A DNA stretch of 39,728 nucleotides from Bacteroidia bacterium (lineage in GTDB: Bacteria; Bacteroidota; Bacteroidia; Bacteroidales; GCA-2748055): NCBI GenBank assembly GCA_030596245.1, contig JAUVKN010000001.1:1-39728 (forward strand), written 5' to 3'. A model generated the notes under the pieces. The model was not told the DNA's origin. It was given only the letters and a program-made list of their open reading frames with translations, and ran no database searches. Shown piece after piece: positions 23,687 to 33,544 of the stretch. The position numbers and the translations under genes were made by a program. The first letter of the stretch is position 1; every line of letters begins with the position of its first letter.

Positions 23687-25840
23687 ATGGCAACATTACA
23701 GAACATTAGAAACAAAGCGGGATTGCTTATAGCCATCGTGATTGCACTGGCACTTGCTGCATTCATTTTTGGTGATATGATGGGATCGGGTTCTCCCTCA
23801 GGAAAGAGAACCGTTGCGGAAATCAATGGAAAAGGAGTTGGTATACAAGATTATCTGGATAGGGAAAAGAGCCTTCGGGAGTTTTACCAGCTAAACGCGG
23901 GTGGACAGTCACTCGATGCCGAACTGGAGCAACAGATCCAGCAGGAGACCTGGAGAAGACTGGTTAGGGAAACCATCATGGCACGTTCATACGAAAAGCT
24001 GGGAATATATGTGAGTACAGACGAATTGAAAACCATGGTAACAGGTGACCAGTCCACTGGATTAGGTGGAAATCCGGCTTTGAGTGAACCTCATCCCATT
24101 GTTCGTCAAATGTTTTCCAATCCGGAAACCGGTTTGCTGAACCGGGCAGTAATGACCAACTATTTCAGCGCCCTGGATAATCCTCAATTTGCACAGGAGA
24201 AAAGACGGTGGTTGTTTATTGAGAAGGAAATTGTGGATGAAAAGATGAACCAGAAGTATTTCAACCTGGTAAGAAAAGGATTTCAGCCCTCGTCACTGGA
24301 TCTGAAAGATTATGTTACTGAAACTGGAAAAAGTACAGATTTTGCGTTTATCTCGAAATCCTTTTCTGAGGTGGCCGATGAGGAGATCACCTTTACGGAA
24401 TCGGATCTGAAACAGTATTATAAAATTCACAAAGAGAGATATAAGCAGGATGCTTCCAGAACCTTCCAGTATGTGGTTTTTGCAGTGGAACCCAGCGAAA
24501 AGGATGTGGAAAGCGCCAATTACTGGACAGATCAAACCAAGACTGAGTTGTCACGTACTTCTGGTGAAGATGTACCCCGTTATGTGAATGGTACCTCTGA
24601 TGAGCCTTTCGATGTCAGGTATTACACCTTTGACGAACTTCCTGGAATCATCAGGGATTCTGTATTCAATTCCTCTTCAGAGGAGATCTTTGGCCCCTAC
24701 CGGGAAGAAGATGCGTTCAAACTAGCCCGTTTGCACGATACTCAGATGCGCCCCGACTCTGTCAGGGTCAGACACATCCTGCTCTCACTTCAGGCCTATG
24801 AGGGCAATAAGCTGGTGATCAATGAGCTGGCTGACAGCCTTGTGGGAGTCATTAACAGTGGAGGCAACTTCAATCAGATTGCACTTGAATATTCAGCCGA
24901 TGAGAGCAACAGAGCCATCGGTGGTGACCTGGGTTGGTTTATTGAGGGCAATATGGTGACTGAATTCAACAACGCATGTTTTGAGAATAAGAGCGGTGAC
25001 CTGGTTACTGCAGAAACCCAATACGGAACCCACATCATCAGAATAGAAGATCAGAGTCGTCCTGTACAAAAAATTCAATTAGCAACCATTGTCCGGAACA
25101 TTTATGCAGGCGACGAAACCAACCAGGATTATTATAACCGGGCAGTCAAATTCAGGGGCAAAGCCACCGATTTGGAAAAATTCACCGAGCAGGCACGCGA
25201 ATTCGGGCTCGATCCCAGGTTTGCACCTAACATCACAAAGGATCAGCAGACCATACCTGGAATTGAAGAACCCAAACAGATGACTAAATGGGCCTACTCA
25301 GCCGATCTCAACAGTGTAAGTAATATTTTCAGTCAGAGCGATGATAAATATATCGTGGCAGTACTTACCGAATCCAAGGAGGAAGGATATGCTGAACTGG
25401 AGAAGATTCGTTCAGAGATCACGATGGCGGTAAAGAAAGAGAAGAAAGCGGAAATACTGGCTGAAAGATTGAATGAGCAGCTCGCCGGAGTGACTGATCT
25501 GTCACAGTTCGGGATCGACAACAACGAAAATGTGGGTGAAGCAACACAGGTGAAATTTGCCAACACTTATGTTTCAGGCGTGGGACTTGAGCCTTACATC
25601 GTAGGTGCTGCCATGTACCTTCCGGTTGACCAGCTATCGGAGCCCCTGGTTGGAGAGAGTGGTGTGTTTGTGTTATCGGTGACCAACCGCACTGAACCTG
25701 CTGTGGATGAGACCATAGATCCTGCCGTGGAATCGAGGCTCAAGTACAGCCTTGAATCCCGGAGCAACTATGAGGCCTACAACGCCCTGCTGGATGCAGC
25801 CAAGGTTCAGGACAACCGCCTCGACCTCTTCTACAACTAG
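23687..25840 (+). CDS. PpiD-like membrane-anchored periplasmic chaperone with a parvulin-type PPIase domain
   Basis: 717 aa. N-terminal anchor AGLLIAIVIALALAAFIFG, a SurA_N-like region, and a parvulin block VRVRHILLS...GGDLGWF...GTHIIRIED. Confidence 0.8.
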   Translation: MATLQNIRNKAGLLIAIVIALALAAFIFGDMMGSGSPSGKRTVAEINGKGVGIQDYLDREKSLREFYQLNAGGQSLDAELEQQIQQETWRRLVRETIMARSYEKLGIYVSTDELKTMVTGDQSTGLGGNPALSEPHPIVRQMFSNPETGLLNRAVMTNYFSALDNPQFAQEKRRWLFIEKEIVDEKMNQKYFNLVRKGFQPSSLDLKDYVTETGKSTDFAFISKSFSEVADEEITFTESDLKQYYKIHKERYKQDASRTFQYVVFAVEPSEKDVESANYWTDQTKTELSRTSGEDVPRYVNGTSDEPFDVRYYTFDELPGIIRDSVFNSSSEEIFGPYREEDAFKLARLHDTQMRPDSVRVRHILLSLQAYEGNKLVINELADSLVGVINSGGNFNQIALEYSADESNRAIGGDLGWFIEGNMVTEFNNACFENKSGDLVTAETQYGTHIIRIEDQSRPVQKIQLATIVRNIYAGDETNQDYYNRAVKFRGKATDLEKFTEQAREFGLDPRFAPNITKDQQTIPGIEEPKQMTKWAYSADLNSVSNIFSQSDDKYIVAVLTESKEEGYAELEKIRSEITMAVKKEKKAEILAERLNEQLAGVTDLSQFGIDNNENVGEATQVKFANTYVSGVGLEPYIVGAAMYLPVDQLSEPLVGESGVFVLSVTNRTEPAVDETIDPAVESRLKYSLESRSNYEAYNALLDAAKVQDNRLDLFYN

Positions 25841-26002
25841 CGCTTGCAACTATAGGTTCGCAACGGCATCCTTTGCGGATAATATAGCGCTGCTGAACCT
25901 GATGCTGCGCACCAGCTTAGGCAGCTAACATATCATCCGCTTCAGATGGCAAGGCTGCTTCACTGACAAATGCTCACAGGAGCAAGGCTAAATAAAATAA
26001 TG

Positions 26003-26031
26003 AAAGGGTGCCCAACCGGGTGCCCTTTTTT
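26003..26031. terminator. Rho-independent terminator between the convergent ppiD-like gene and ftsZ (possibly bidirectional)
   Basis: gggtgccc (26006-26013) pairs antiparallel with gggtgccc (26018-26025), with two G-U pairs and loop aacc. T6 follows at 26026-31 and A3 lies upstream. Confidence 0.7.
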
Positions 26032-26050
26032 ATGATTTGTGGAGTTTTCA

Positions 26051-26093
26051 GTTCTTGAAGGTATACTCAGCTAGTGAGCATACCTTCAAGAAC
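26051..26093. other. 14-bp perfect inverted repeat hairpin directly after the ftsZ stop
   Basis: gttcttgaaggtat (26051-26064) and ataccttcaagaac (26080-26093), with a 15-nt loop. No U-tract on either strand. Confidence 0.8.
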
Positions 26094-26096
26094 CGT

Positions 26097-27533
26097 TTAA
26101 TCCACATTGTCGTGCAGGTAGGAGTTATCGGGTCTTAGTTTGGGCCCCTCTTCTCCGTCGTCTTCATCGGTTAAGCGGTAGCGCGACACCTCCTGGTCCT
26201 CAGAGTGCTTTTGCTGGTCGATGGGTATCTTCTTCCGCACATAGGCTGGCACATTTTCCAATTCCTCGATCTCATCGTCACCGGATCCGGAGAGGTAACC
26301 CCGCTCTTTCAGTCTATCATGGGTCTCTTTTAAGTTTCTTACCCGGTCGGCCATCTTCTTCTCCTTATCTTCCGGAGTGGATTCCTTGGACTGCGACATA
26401 AGGATGTACTCCTCGGCACTCTCTCCCTCCTTCACATCAAACTCCAGTGCCTTCTGGTGAGGAACAACATTTGATTGTGGCTTCCTTCGCTGAGAATCCT
26501 GACCAGGATCCCGCAGAGGTACAAAATGTTTCTGTTTTTTACCCACGTATAGCTCAGGAATACTGTTCATTTTGAATCCTGTGGCAATGATGGTCACGCT
26601 GATCTGATCACCCAGCGATTCATCGTTGCCCATTCCCCAGATCAGGGTAGTGTCCCGTGTGGCTGCACTCACCACATAATCGGTGACCTCGGAGATCTCA
26701 TCCATGGTGATCTCTGAGGATCCCGAAGTAATATTCAACAGAACACTTCTTGCTCCATTGATGTCGTTGTTGTTCAAGAGCGGGGAAGTAAGTGCATCAG
26801 CAATGGCCTGTTGGGCCCTGTTCTCACCAGAGGCAGTTGCCGAACCCATAATGGCCACACCACTATCGTGCATCACGGTTTGCACATCGGCGAAATCCAC
26901 ATTGATGTATCCGTGTACGGTGATAATTTCGGCGATCCCTTTGGCTGCAATGGCCAGAACATCATCGGCCTTTTCAAACGCATTGCTTACTTTCAGGTTA
27001 CCGTATATCTCCCGCAGTTTTTCGTTGTTGATTACCAGCAGGGAATCCACATGGTCCTTCAGTTCGTTGATCCCCTCAATGGCCTGGTTGATGCGTTCAG
27101 GACCCTCAAATCGAAAGGGAATGGTGACTATGGCAACGGTCAGTATTCCCATTTCTCTTGCAGCACTGGCGATCACCGGCGCAGCACCGGTACCGGTGCC
27201 TCCACCCATACCGGCAGTAATGAAGACCATGCTGGTATTACTGGATAATACCTCCTTGATCCTATCGATGCTCTCCATGGCTGCCTCTTTGCCGATATCT
27301 GCTTTACTACCGGCACCCTTGCCTTCGGTAAGCGTATCACCAAGTTGCAATTTCACCTGGACAGGACTGCTATGCAACGCCTGTGCATCGGTATTGCATA
27401 CCACAAAATTTACATCCTTGATCCCTTTCCGGTACATGTGGTTCACCGCATTGCTGCCACCTCCCCCTACTCCAATCACTTTGATGATGGAGGAGCACTC
27501 TGGCGGCAGATCGAAATTCATTAAATCTTCCAT
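26097..27533 (-). CDS. ftsZ: Cell division GTPase FtsZ
   Basis: 478 aa. VIGVGGGGSNAVNHM, GMGGGTGTGAAP, and a long disordered linker before the C-terminal peptide. Confidence 0.97.
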   Translation of the reverse strand: MEDLMNFDLPPECSSIIKVIGVGGGGSNAVNHMYRKGIKDVNFVVCNTDAQALHSSPVQVKLQLGDTLTEGKGAGSKADIGKEAAMESIDRIKEVLSSNTSMVFITAGMGGGTGTGAAPVIASAAREMGILTVAIVTIPFRFEGPERINQAIEGINELKDHVDSLLVINNEKLREIYGNLKVSNAFEKADDVLAIAAKGIAEIITVHGYINVDFADVQTVMHDSGVAIMGSATASGENRAQQAIADALTSPLLNNNDINGARSVLLNITSGSSEITMDEISEVTDYVVSAATRDTTLIWGMGNDESLGDQISVTIIATGFKMNSIPELYVGKKQKHFVPLRDPGQDSQRRKPQSNVVPHQKALEFDVKEGESAEEYILMSQSKESTPEDKEKKMADRVRNLKETHDRLKERGYLSGSGDDEIEELENVPAYVRKKIPIDQQKHSEDQEVSRYRLTDEDDGEEGPKLRPDNSYLHDNVD

Positions 27534-27545
27534 GGGTTCAGTTTT

Positions 27546-28877
27546 CTACATTTTCACATCAGTCTCGTCAAATATATCACTAAGGGTATTTTTCAGGCTT
27601 TCCAGGATCTTTCCTTTCTTGACCCCTTTCTTTACCTTTTTAGTCTCCTTAGTATAATCTGCAAACTCTTGATTTTCTGCCTCTTTTTGTTCTGAGATGA
27701 CCATCTCTTCCTGTTTCTCCTCATAATAGTCAAGACCCTTTAACAGCAAGCCCACCGAAGTGGAGAACATGGGTTGGTTTATCTCGTCGGACGAATCTGC
27801 CGCCATCTTTTCTCCCGGGAACCCGATGCGCACATCCATCCCTGTTTTGAATTTCACCAGCTGATTCAGGTGTTTCAGCATGGATCCACCGCCAGTGAGT
27901 ACGATTCCTGCACTAAGCTTTTCCATGTAACCCGAATTTTCAATCTCGTAACTGACCGCATCGATGATCTCCTCCATACGGGACTGAATAATATAAGCCA
28001 GGCTCCTGAAACTGATCTCTTTGGGATCCCTTCCTGAAATACCGGGAATGGTTACCACTTTGTCCTCCTGGGCCAGGTCGCCCAACGCTGATCCAAACTG
28101 GATCTTTAACGACTCGGCCTGCCGCTGAAGGATGGCACAACCCTCCTTAATGTCCCTTGTGATCACATTGCCACCAAAAGGAATGACTGCTGTATGTCTG
28201 ATCACATCATCATAATAGACCGCCACGTCTGTGGTACCACCTCCGATGTCTACCAGGGCTACTCCAGCTTCCATCTCATCGTCAGTGAGAACTGATGCAC
28301 TGGAGGCCAGAGGCTCAAGTACCAGTTGCTTCACATCCAGACCCACCCGGTTAATACACTTCTCAATATTTCTGGCCGAGGAGATCTGTCCGATTACAAT
28401 ATGAAAGTTGGCTTCCAGACGCTTCCCGAACATCCCCACCGGATTCTTTACACCGGTTTCATTATCCACAATGTAACTCTGAGGTAGCACATGAATGATC
28501 TCTTCCCCCACATCTACCGGGATCTTATACATATCATCGATGAGGTGCTGCAGGTCAGCCCGCGTAATCTCATCATCATAGGCGTCTCTGTTAATATATC
28601 CTCTGTTCCGAACAGATTTGATATGTTGTCCCGCAATCCCCACAAACACTTCATTGAATTTAATCTCCGATTGCTCAATCGCTTCGGAAGAAGTGGTCTG
28701 GATCGCATTGACGGTCTCTTCAATATTGAGAACGACCCCACGCTTCACACCCTTGGATGGTGTTTGGCTGATCCCCAGGACTTCCAGTTTGTCCTGTTCG
28801 TTCAACCGGCCCACCAGGCTTACGATTTTGGTCGTACCAATATCAACCGCAGCTACGATTTTTCCGTTTGTTGCCAT
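27546..28877 (-). CDS. ftsA: Cell division protein FtsA
   Basis: 443 aa. Actin-like ATPase motifs (AVDIGTTKIV, LVDIGGGTTDVAVY, LTGGGS) and a basic amphipathic C-terminus. Confidence 0.95.
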   Translation of the reverse strand: MATNGKIVAAVDIGTTKIVSLVGRLNEQDKLEVLGISQTPSKGVKRGVVLNIEETVNAIQTTSSEAIEQSEIKFNEVFVGIAGQHIKSVRNRGYINRDAYDDEITRADLQHLIDDMYKIPVDVGEEIIHVLPQSYIVDNETGVKNPVGMFGKRLEANFHIVIGQISSARNIEKCINRVGLDVKQLVLEPLASSASVLTDDEMEAGVALVDIGGGTTDVAVYYDDVIRHTAVIPFGGNVITRDIKEGCAILQRQAESLKIQFGSALGDLAQEDKVVTIPGISGRDPKEISFRSLAYIIQSRMEEIIDAVSYEIENSGYMEKLSAGIVLTGGGSMLKHLNQLVKFKTGMDVRIGFPGEKMAADSSDEINQPMFSTSVGLLLKGLDYYEEKQEEMVISEQKEAENQEFADYTKETKKVKKGVKKGKILESLKNTLSDIFDETDVKM

Positions 28878-28881
28878 AGTC

Positions 28882-29637
28882 TTATCGTTTAGTACAAATT
28901 ACTTGGTTTGTATATTTTAAATTAATAGTTCCATACGTGTTCCAGCCATGTTTGGAGAGTCCCTGTTTATAGAGCAACTCCAGATTCCTCAACTTTTTTT
29001 CCCACTGATCCATGCTTCCCAGAAGTATATGATGTGCTCCCACCCTGGGGATTAGTTCGTATTCTCCTTTGCCGTTCACATAGATCTGTACAATCTGCTC
29101 CTTCCAGAAGGGGTGATCGGACAGGAAACTACTGAACCGGTGAATCTCCGTCAGCCGGGCACCCAGTTTACCATCCACTTCAGGAGATGGAATATTGCCC
29201 GAGGCCAGAAGGATCAAAGGGGTGAACTGCTCTGAAAGAGGAAGCATCACTCCATCCCTGTCCAGGTAAAAGCCCTCTCTCCCATTGGGCATGATCCTGA
29301 TCAATGGGACCCTCTGCTCAACCCGCACCTCAAGCCTGCCAGAAATATCTTTACTCACCTCCGCATTCCCGATATAAGGATCTTTCTCAATCGTTCTCTC
29401 CAAACTTCGGATATTGATTTCCGTTAGGGGGTATCCCTGGAGGTGGATATCGGTCTCTTCCAGCAGAGTTCTGATATCAGTCCGGGTTACAAACCGGTTA
29501 TGGACCGTGTCGGACATGATCACTTCAATGCGGTTGCAAAGTACCTTATCAGCCTCCCCGGAGACAAATCCCATGATGACTACAAACCATGCAGCAATCA
29601 GAATCCAGACCAATATTTTTAATATCCTGCTTATCAT
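28882..29637 (-). CDS. ftsQ: Cell division protein FtsQ (POTRA-containing)
   Basis: I prefer the ATG at 29637, which makes an ATGA overlap with the murC stop; the track's GTG at 29652 is the alternative. A single TM (ILVWILIAAWFVVIMGF) followed by POTRA-like and FtsQ-like regions. Position in the dcw order supports the call. Confidence 0.75.
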   Translation of the reverse strand: MISRILKILVWILIAAWFVVIMGFVSGEADKVLCNRIEVIMSDTVHNRFVTRTDIRTLLEETDIHLQGYPLTEINIRSLERTIEKDPYIGNAEVSKDISGRLEVRVEQRVPLIRIMPNGREGFYLDRDGVMLPLSEQFTPLILLASGNIPSPEVDGKLGARLTEIHRFSSFLSDHPFWKEQIVQIYVNGKGEYELIPRVGAHHILLGSMDQWEKKLRNLELLYKQGLSKHGWNTYGTINLKYTNQVICTKR

Positions 29638-31007
29638 CTCTTTTTCATCCACTCCCTGAGGGGTGCTACAAACTGGTTTATATCTCCGGCACCCATGGTC
29701 ACCAGCAATGTGGGGTCCTGTTCCCTGACAACCCTCAACAGCTGTTCTCTGGATACCAATACTTTTTCTTTCAGATTTACCCTGTCAAAGATCATAGAGG
29801 CGCTTACCCCGGGAATGGGTTCTTCCCTTGCGGGGTAAATCTCCATAAGGATCAGGTGATCCAACATCTCCAGACTCCTGGCAAATTCATCCACAAAGTC
29901 ACGGGTCCGTGTGTAGAGATGAGGCTGGAAAATTCCTGTGAGTTTCTTATCCGGGAACAGTATCCTAACCGAAGAGAGGAATGCCTTGATCTCTTCAGGA
30001 TGATGGGCATAATCATCGATATAGATCCGCTTTTCGTGATGTATCTGAACGTCGAAACGCCGCTCGACACCTTCAAAAGAAGAGAGTGCCCTGGCTATGG
30101 TTTCCGGAGCAATACCCAGCTGATGAGCAACGGCGATTCCTGCCAGTGCATTCTCCACATTTATCATGCCCGGTATCCCAAGCTGAATATCCGGGATGAT
30201 CATATTGGGAGTTACCACTGTGAATCTGTAACCCAGACCATGAAGTGTTAGTTTACGGGTATGATAATCAGCCTGTTTATTATCAATGGAATAGCTATAT
30301 TGCTCAACATGGTTGGGAACCTGTGGTTCCAGACCATATTTGTGGATCAGTTTCCCCTTTTCACGGATCTGGGCGATGTATGATTCAAAACCCTTTCTGA
30401 TATTCTCCTCCGAGTGGTAGATGTCAAGGTGATCAGCATCCATGGATGAAACCACAGCAATCTCAGGAAACAGTGTCAGAAAAGAGCGATCGTATTCATC
30501 TGCTTCGGCGATGATGATGTTCGAGGTTGCATCCAGGTATAGGTTGCTCATTCTGTTTTTACCGATCCCTCCAAGGAACGCATTGCACCCAAGTTTGGAA
30601 CTGTGAAGAATATGTGCAAGCATGGTAGAAATGGAGGTCTTTCCGTGGGTACCTGCCACTCCTATACCCCTTCCGGTATTAAACACCTCACCCAGAGCCA
30701 CCGAGCGTTTGATCACCCGGAACCCTCTTTTGCGGAAATAGTCCAATTGCTGGTGCTGCTCGGGGAGTGCCGGGGTGTAAATCACCAGCGTACGTTCAGG
30801 ATTCCGGAAAGCAGCGGGGATCAATACCGGCTGGTCCTCAAAATGAATATCGATTCCCTCCCTGCTCAACTTATCGGTGAGCGCAGTGGAGACACGGTCA
30901 TAACCTGCTACCTCTTTCCCCTGACTAAGGAAATAGCGGGCCAGGGCACTCATTCCAATGCCCCCAACACCAATAAAATAGACGCTATTCAGGTTAGTCC
31001 AAATCAT
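29634..31007 (-). CDS. murC: UDP-N-acetylmuramate--L-alanine ligase
   Basis: 457 aa. YFIGVGGIGMSALA and GVAGTHGKTS. Confidence 0.95.
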   Translation of the reverse strand: MIWTNLNSVYFIGVGGIGMSALARYFLSQGKEVAGYDRVSTALTDKLSREGIDIHFEDQPVLIPAAFRNPERTLVIYTPALPEQHQQLDYFRKRGFRVIKRSVALGEVFNTGRGIGVAGTHGKTSISTMLAHILHSSKLGCNAFLGGIGKNRMSNLYLDATSNIIIAEADEYDRSFLTLFPEIAVVSSMDADHLDIYHSEENIRKGFESYIAQIREKGKLIHKYGLEPQVPNHVEQYSYSIDNKQADYHTRKLTLHGLGYRFTVVTPNMIIPDIQLGIPGMINVENALAGIAVAHQLGIAPETIARALSSFEGVERRFDVQIHHEKRIYIDDYAHHPEEIKAFLSSVRILFPDKKLTGIFQPHLYTRTRDFVDEFARSLEMLDHLILMEIYPAREEPIPGVSASMIFDRVNLKEKVLVSREQLLRVVREQDPTLLVTMGAGDINQFVAPLREWMKKR

Positions 31008-32119
31008 TTCTGATCCATAATTTTTAAAATCTCAGTAGCGATCCTTTGAGACGCATCTGCAATACCGAGTTGTTTGATATTCGATGATAATTCTTTCTGC
31101 TGTTCCCCACTCCCCAATAGTTTTAGCATTTTTTCCACCAGCTCCTCCCTGGCCAGTTGGTCAGTTACCATCATTGCTGCCTTCCTGGATACCAATGCTT
31201 CGGCATTTCGGGTCTGGTGGTCCTCTGCCACATTGGGGGAGGGAACCAGAATAACGGGTTTGCCAATAAGAGATAATTCAGAGATGGTGATGGCCCCTGC
31301 CCTGGAGATGATTACATCGGCCACACCATAAGCACACTCCATCTTCGAAATAAATGGCACAACACGGATGTTCTTCAGTGCACTCTTCCTTACCGCTTCT
31401 TCAGCCTCCTTATAATACTGTTTCCCACATTGCCACAGCACCTGCAAATCATCGCCGCCCAACTTACCTAATCCCTCCAGAATGCTATGATTCAGCGTCC
31501 GGGCTCCACCACTTCCGCCTACTACCAGACAAACCTTTTTACCCTCCTCAAGCCCAAATTCTTCCAGGCACTTCACATGGTCACCGGACAGTTCCAAAAG
31601 GTTTTGACGAACCGGATTCCCGGTTAGTACGATCCTTTCTGCCGGGAAATAACGGTCCATTTGTTCATAGGCAACACAGATGGTGCGGGCTGAACGGGCA
31701 AGTAAACGGTTGGTCACTCCGGCATATGAGTTTTGCTCCTGAATCAGGATGGGCACCCGCTTTCTGGCGGCTGCTTTGAGAATAGGACCACTGGCATAAC
31801 CTCCAACTCCCACAGCCACATCCGGATCAAACCTGCGAATGATCCTGCGGGAGCGGATCATACTATCCAATAGTTTGTAAAAAAAGCTCACATTTTTCAA
31901 TGTGATCCTTCGCTGAAATCCTGTCACTGGCAGACCTTCTATGGCATAACCGGCCTCGGGAACCTTCTCCATCTCCAACCGGCCCAAAGCCCCCACAAAA
32001 AGGAACTCCATACCAGGATCCTTTTCTTTCAGGGCATCCGCTATGGCAATGGCCGGAAAGACATGTCCCCCGGTTCCACCTCCTCCAATGAGTATGCGAT
32101 ATGGTCTATCCCTATTCAT
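31004..32119 (-). CDS. murG: UDP-GlcNAc:lipid I N-acetylglucosaminyltransferase
   Basis: 371 aa. GGGTGGHVFPAIAIA...SRAGAITISE. ATGA overlap with murC. Confidence 0.95.
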   Translation of the reverse strand: MNRDRPYRILIGGGGTGGHVFPAIAIADALKEKDPGMEFLFVGALGRLEMEKVPEAGYAIEGLPVTGFQRRITLKNVSFFYKLLDSMIRSRRIIRRFDPDVAVGVGGYASGPILKAAARKRVPILIQEQNSYAGVTNRLLARSARTICVAYEQMDRYFPAERIVLTGNPVRQNLLELSGDHVKCLEEFGLEEGKKVCLVVGGSGGARTLNHSILEGLGKLGGDDLQVLWQCGKQYYKEAEEAVRKSALKNIRVVPFISKMECAYGVADVIISRAGAITISELSLIGKPVILVPSPNVAEDHQTRNAEALVSRKAAMMVTDQLAREELVEKMLKLLGSGEQQKELSSNIKQLGIADASQRIATEILKIMDQK

Positions 32120-33515
32120 TCACTTCAAATTCTACCTTCTGATCGTCGGAATGCTTATTAGTTCCCGATTTTTTCACCAGATCCTCAGCTTCTTTGGCAG
32201 CAACTGTAGCCTTACCCGCAACACTTTTATCGTTCTTTGTGTTCTTCTTCGCGTTTCGGCTCAGTTCCTCCGGTTGCCCACCTGCCTCTTTTGATTTTTG
32301 ACTTGCCTCTTCACCTTCAACGTTGTTCTTCCGCTGGCGCGTCAGATCCTTCGATTGCGGCTCTCGCTTCAGTTCCTCCGGTTGTAACTGTTCACTTTCA
32401 ACCCTGGTTCCCCAGCTCACCGAAAGGATCATGCCGGTGGCCATACTGGTGAAAAAGATAGAGGATCCACCCATGCTTACCAGGGGAAGAGTCTGGCCGG
32501 TGACCGGTACCAGTCCCACTGCCACTGCCATATTCACAAAGGCTTGAAGCACCAGCCCCATTGAGAGGCCAAAAGCCAGAAAAGCGCCGTAGGTGCTTCG
32601 GCTTCGACGGATAATCAATCCCGCCCTGAAAAAAAGCCAGAGATAGAGGGCCAGCACCAGTACCCCTCCAACCAGACTCCCATACTCTTCAATAATAATG
32701 GCATCGATAAAATCTGAATATGGATGGGGCAACAGATTTCGCTGGGTACTGTTTCCCGGCCCTTTCCCAAATAAGCCACCCTGTACAATGGCCACTTTGG
32801 CCTGGTTTGCCTGGTAGTTGTCACCTTCGCCATCCACATAGTTTTCGATGCGATGTTTCCAGGTGGACATACGTCCCTCCTTGTTGACCAACAGGGCCCC
32901 GCCAATAAAGACAGAAAGGGCAAAAATCCCTGTAAAAACCATTAAAGCCAGGTATTTAACAGGTATCCGACCAACAAACATAAGGGAAAACGCCGTCAGG
33001 AAAACAATAGCTGCGGTTGAAAAATTGGCCGGCAAAATCAATGCACAAGTCCCAATAATGGCCAATGAGATCTTAACGAATACACCCTTGAAATCTTTTA
33101 TATTATTCTGATTCACCGACAGTATCTTGGCCAGGTACATAACCACTGCAATCTTGGCAAAGTCGGAGGGTTGTATGGTGAGTCCGGTTCCTGGGATCTG
33201 TAACCACCTGGTGGCCTCATTGATGTTGGTGCCGGCAATAAGTGTAAGGATCAACAATGGAATGGCCAGGTAAAGCGCAACTATCGAGATCCGACTGAAA
33301 ACCCTGTAAGGGATCATGTGAACAAAGAAAATGATCAGCAGACCCAAAAGGATAAATTTCAACTGACGGAACAGGTAAAAGAAGGTATTGCCCTCACGGT
33401 GCTGGTAGGCCAGTGAACCGGTGGAACTATAAACAGACAACAATGAAATCACCAGGAGGATCAACACCACAATCCAGATTATCTTGTCACCTTTTATGTA
33501 CCTTCTGACTTTCAT
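32112..33515 (-). CDS. ftsW: FtsW/SEDS-family peptidoglycan polymerase with a ~97-aa charged C-terminal tail
   Basis: 467 aa. Polytopic SEDS core (…HPYSDFIDAIIIEEYG…LPLVSMGGSS…), then RVESEQLQPEELKREPQSKD...DDQKVEFEVNE. Confidence 0.9.
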   Translation of the reverse strand: MKVRRYIKGDKIIWIVVLILLVISLLSVYSSTGSLAYQHREGNTFFYLFRQLKFILLGLLIIFFVHMIPYRVFSRISIVALYLAIPLLILTLIAGTNINEATRWLQIPGTGLTIQPSDFAKIAVVMYLAKILSVNQNNIKDFKGVFVKISLAIIGTCALILPANFSTAAIVFLTAFSLMFVGRIPVKYLALMVFTGIFALSVFIGGALLVNKEGRMSTWKHRIENYVDGEGDNYQANQAKVAIVQGGLFGKGPGNSTQRNLLPHPYSDFIDAIIIEEYGSLVGGVLVLALYLWLFFRAGLIIRRSRSTYGAFLAFGLSMGLVLQAFVNMAVAVGLVPVTGQTLPLVSMGGSSIFFTSMATGMILSVSWGTRVESEQLQPEELKREPQSKDLTRQRKNNVEGEEASQKSKEAGGQPEELSRNAKKNTKNDKSVAGKATVAAKEAEDLVKKSGTNKHSDDQKVEFEVNE

Positions 33516-33544
33516 TTACATTTGCTCCATTTGCGTTTTTTATT

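Noticed and set aside
25850-25880. tRNA-like T-loop string 'ggttcgcaa' downstream of the ppiD-like gene
   Set aside because: I could not fold the flanks into an acceptor stem, anticodon arm or D-arm. It is an isolated chance resemblance.
26683-27657. 324-aa plus-strand ORF opposite ftsZ
   Set aside because: Its Ser/Ala/Thr/Leu-rich low-complexity translation is typical of a shadow ORF on the antisense of a Gly/Ala-rich gene. ftsZ is unambiguous on the minus strand.
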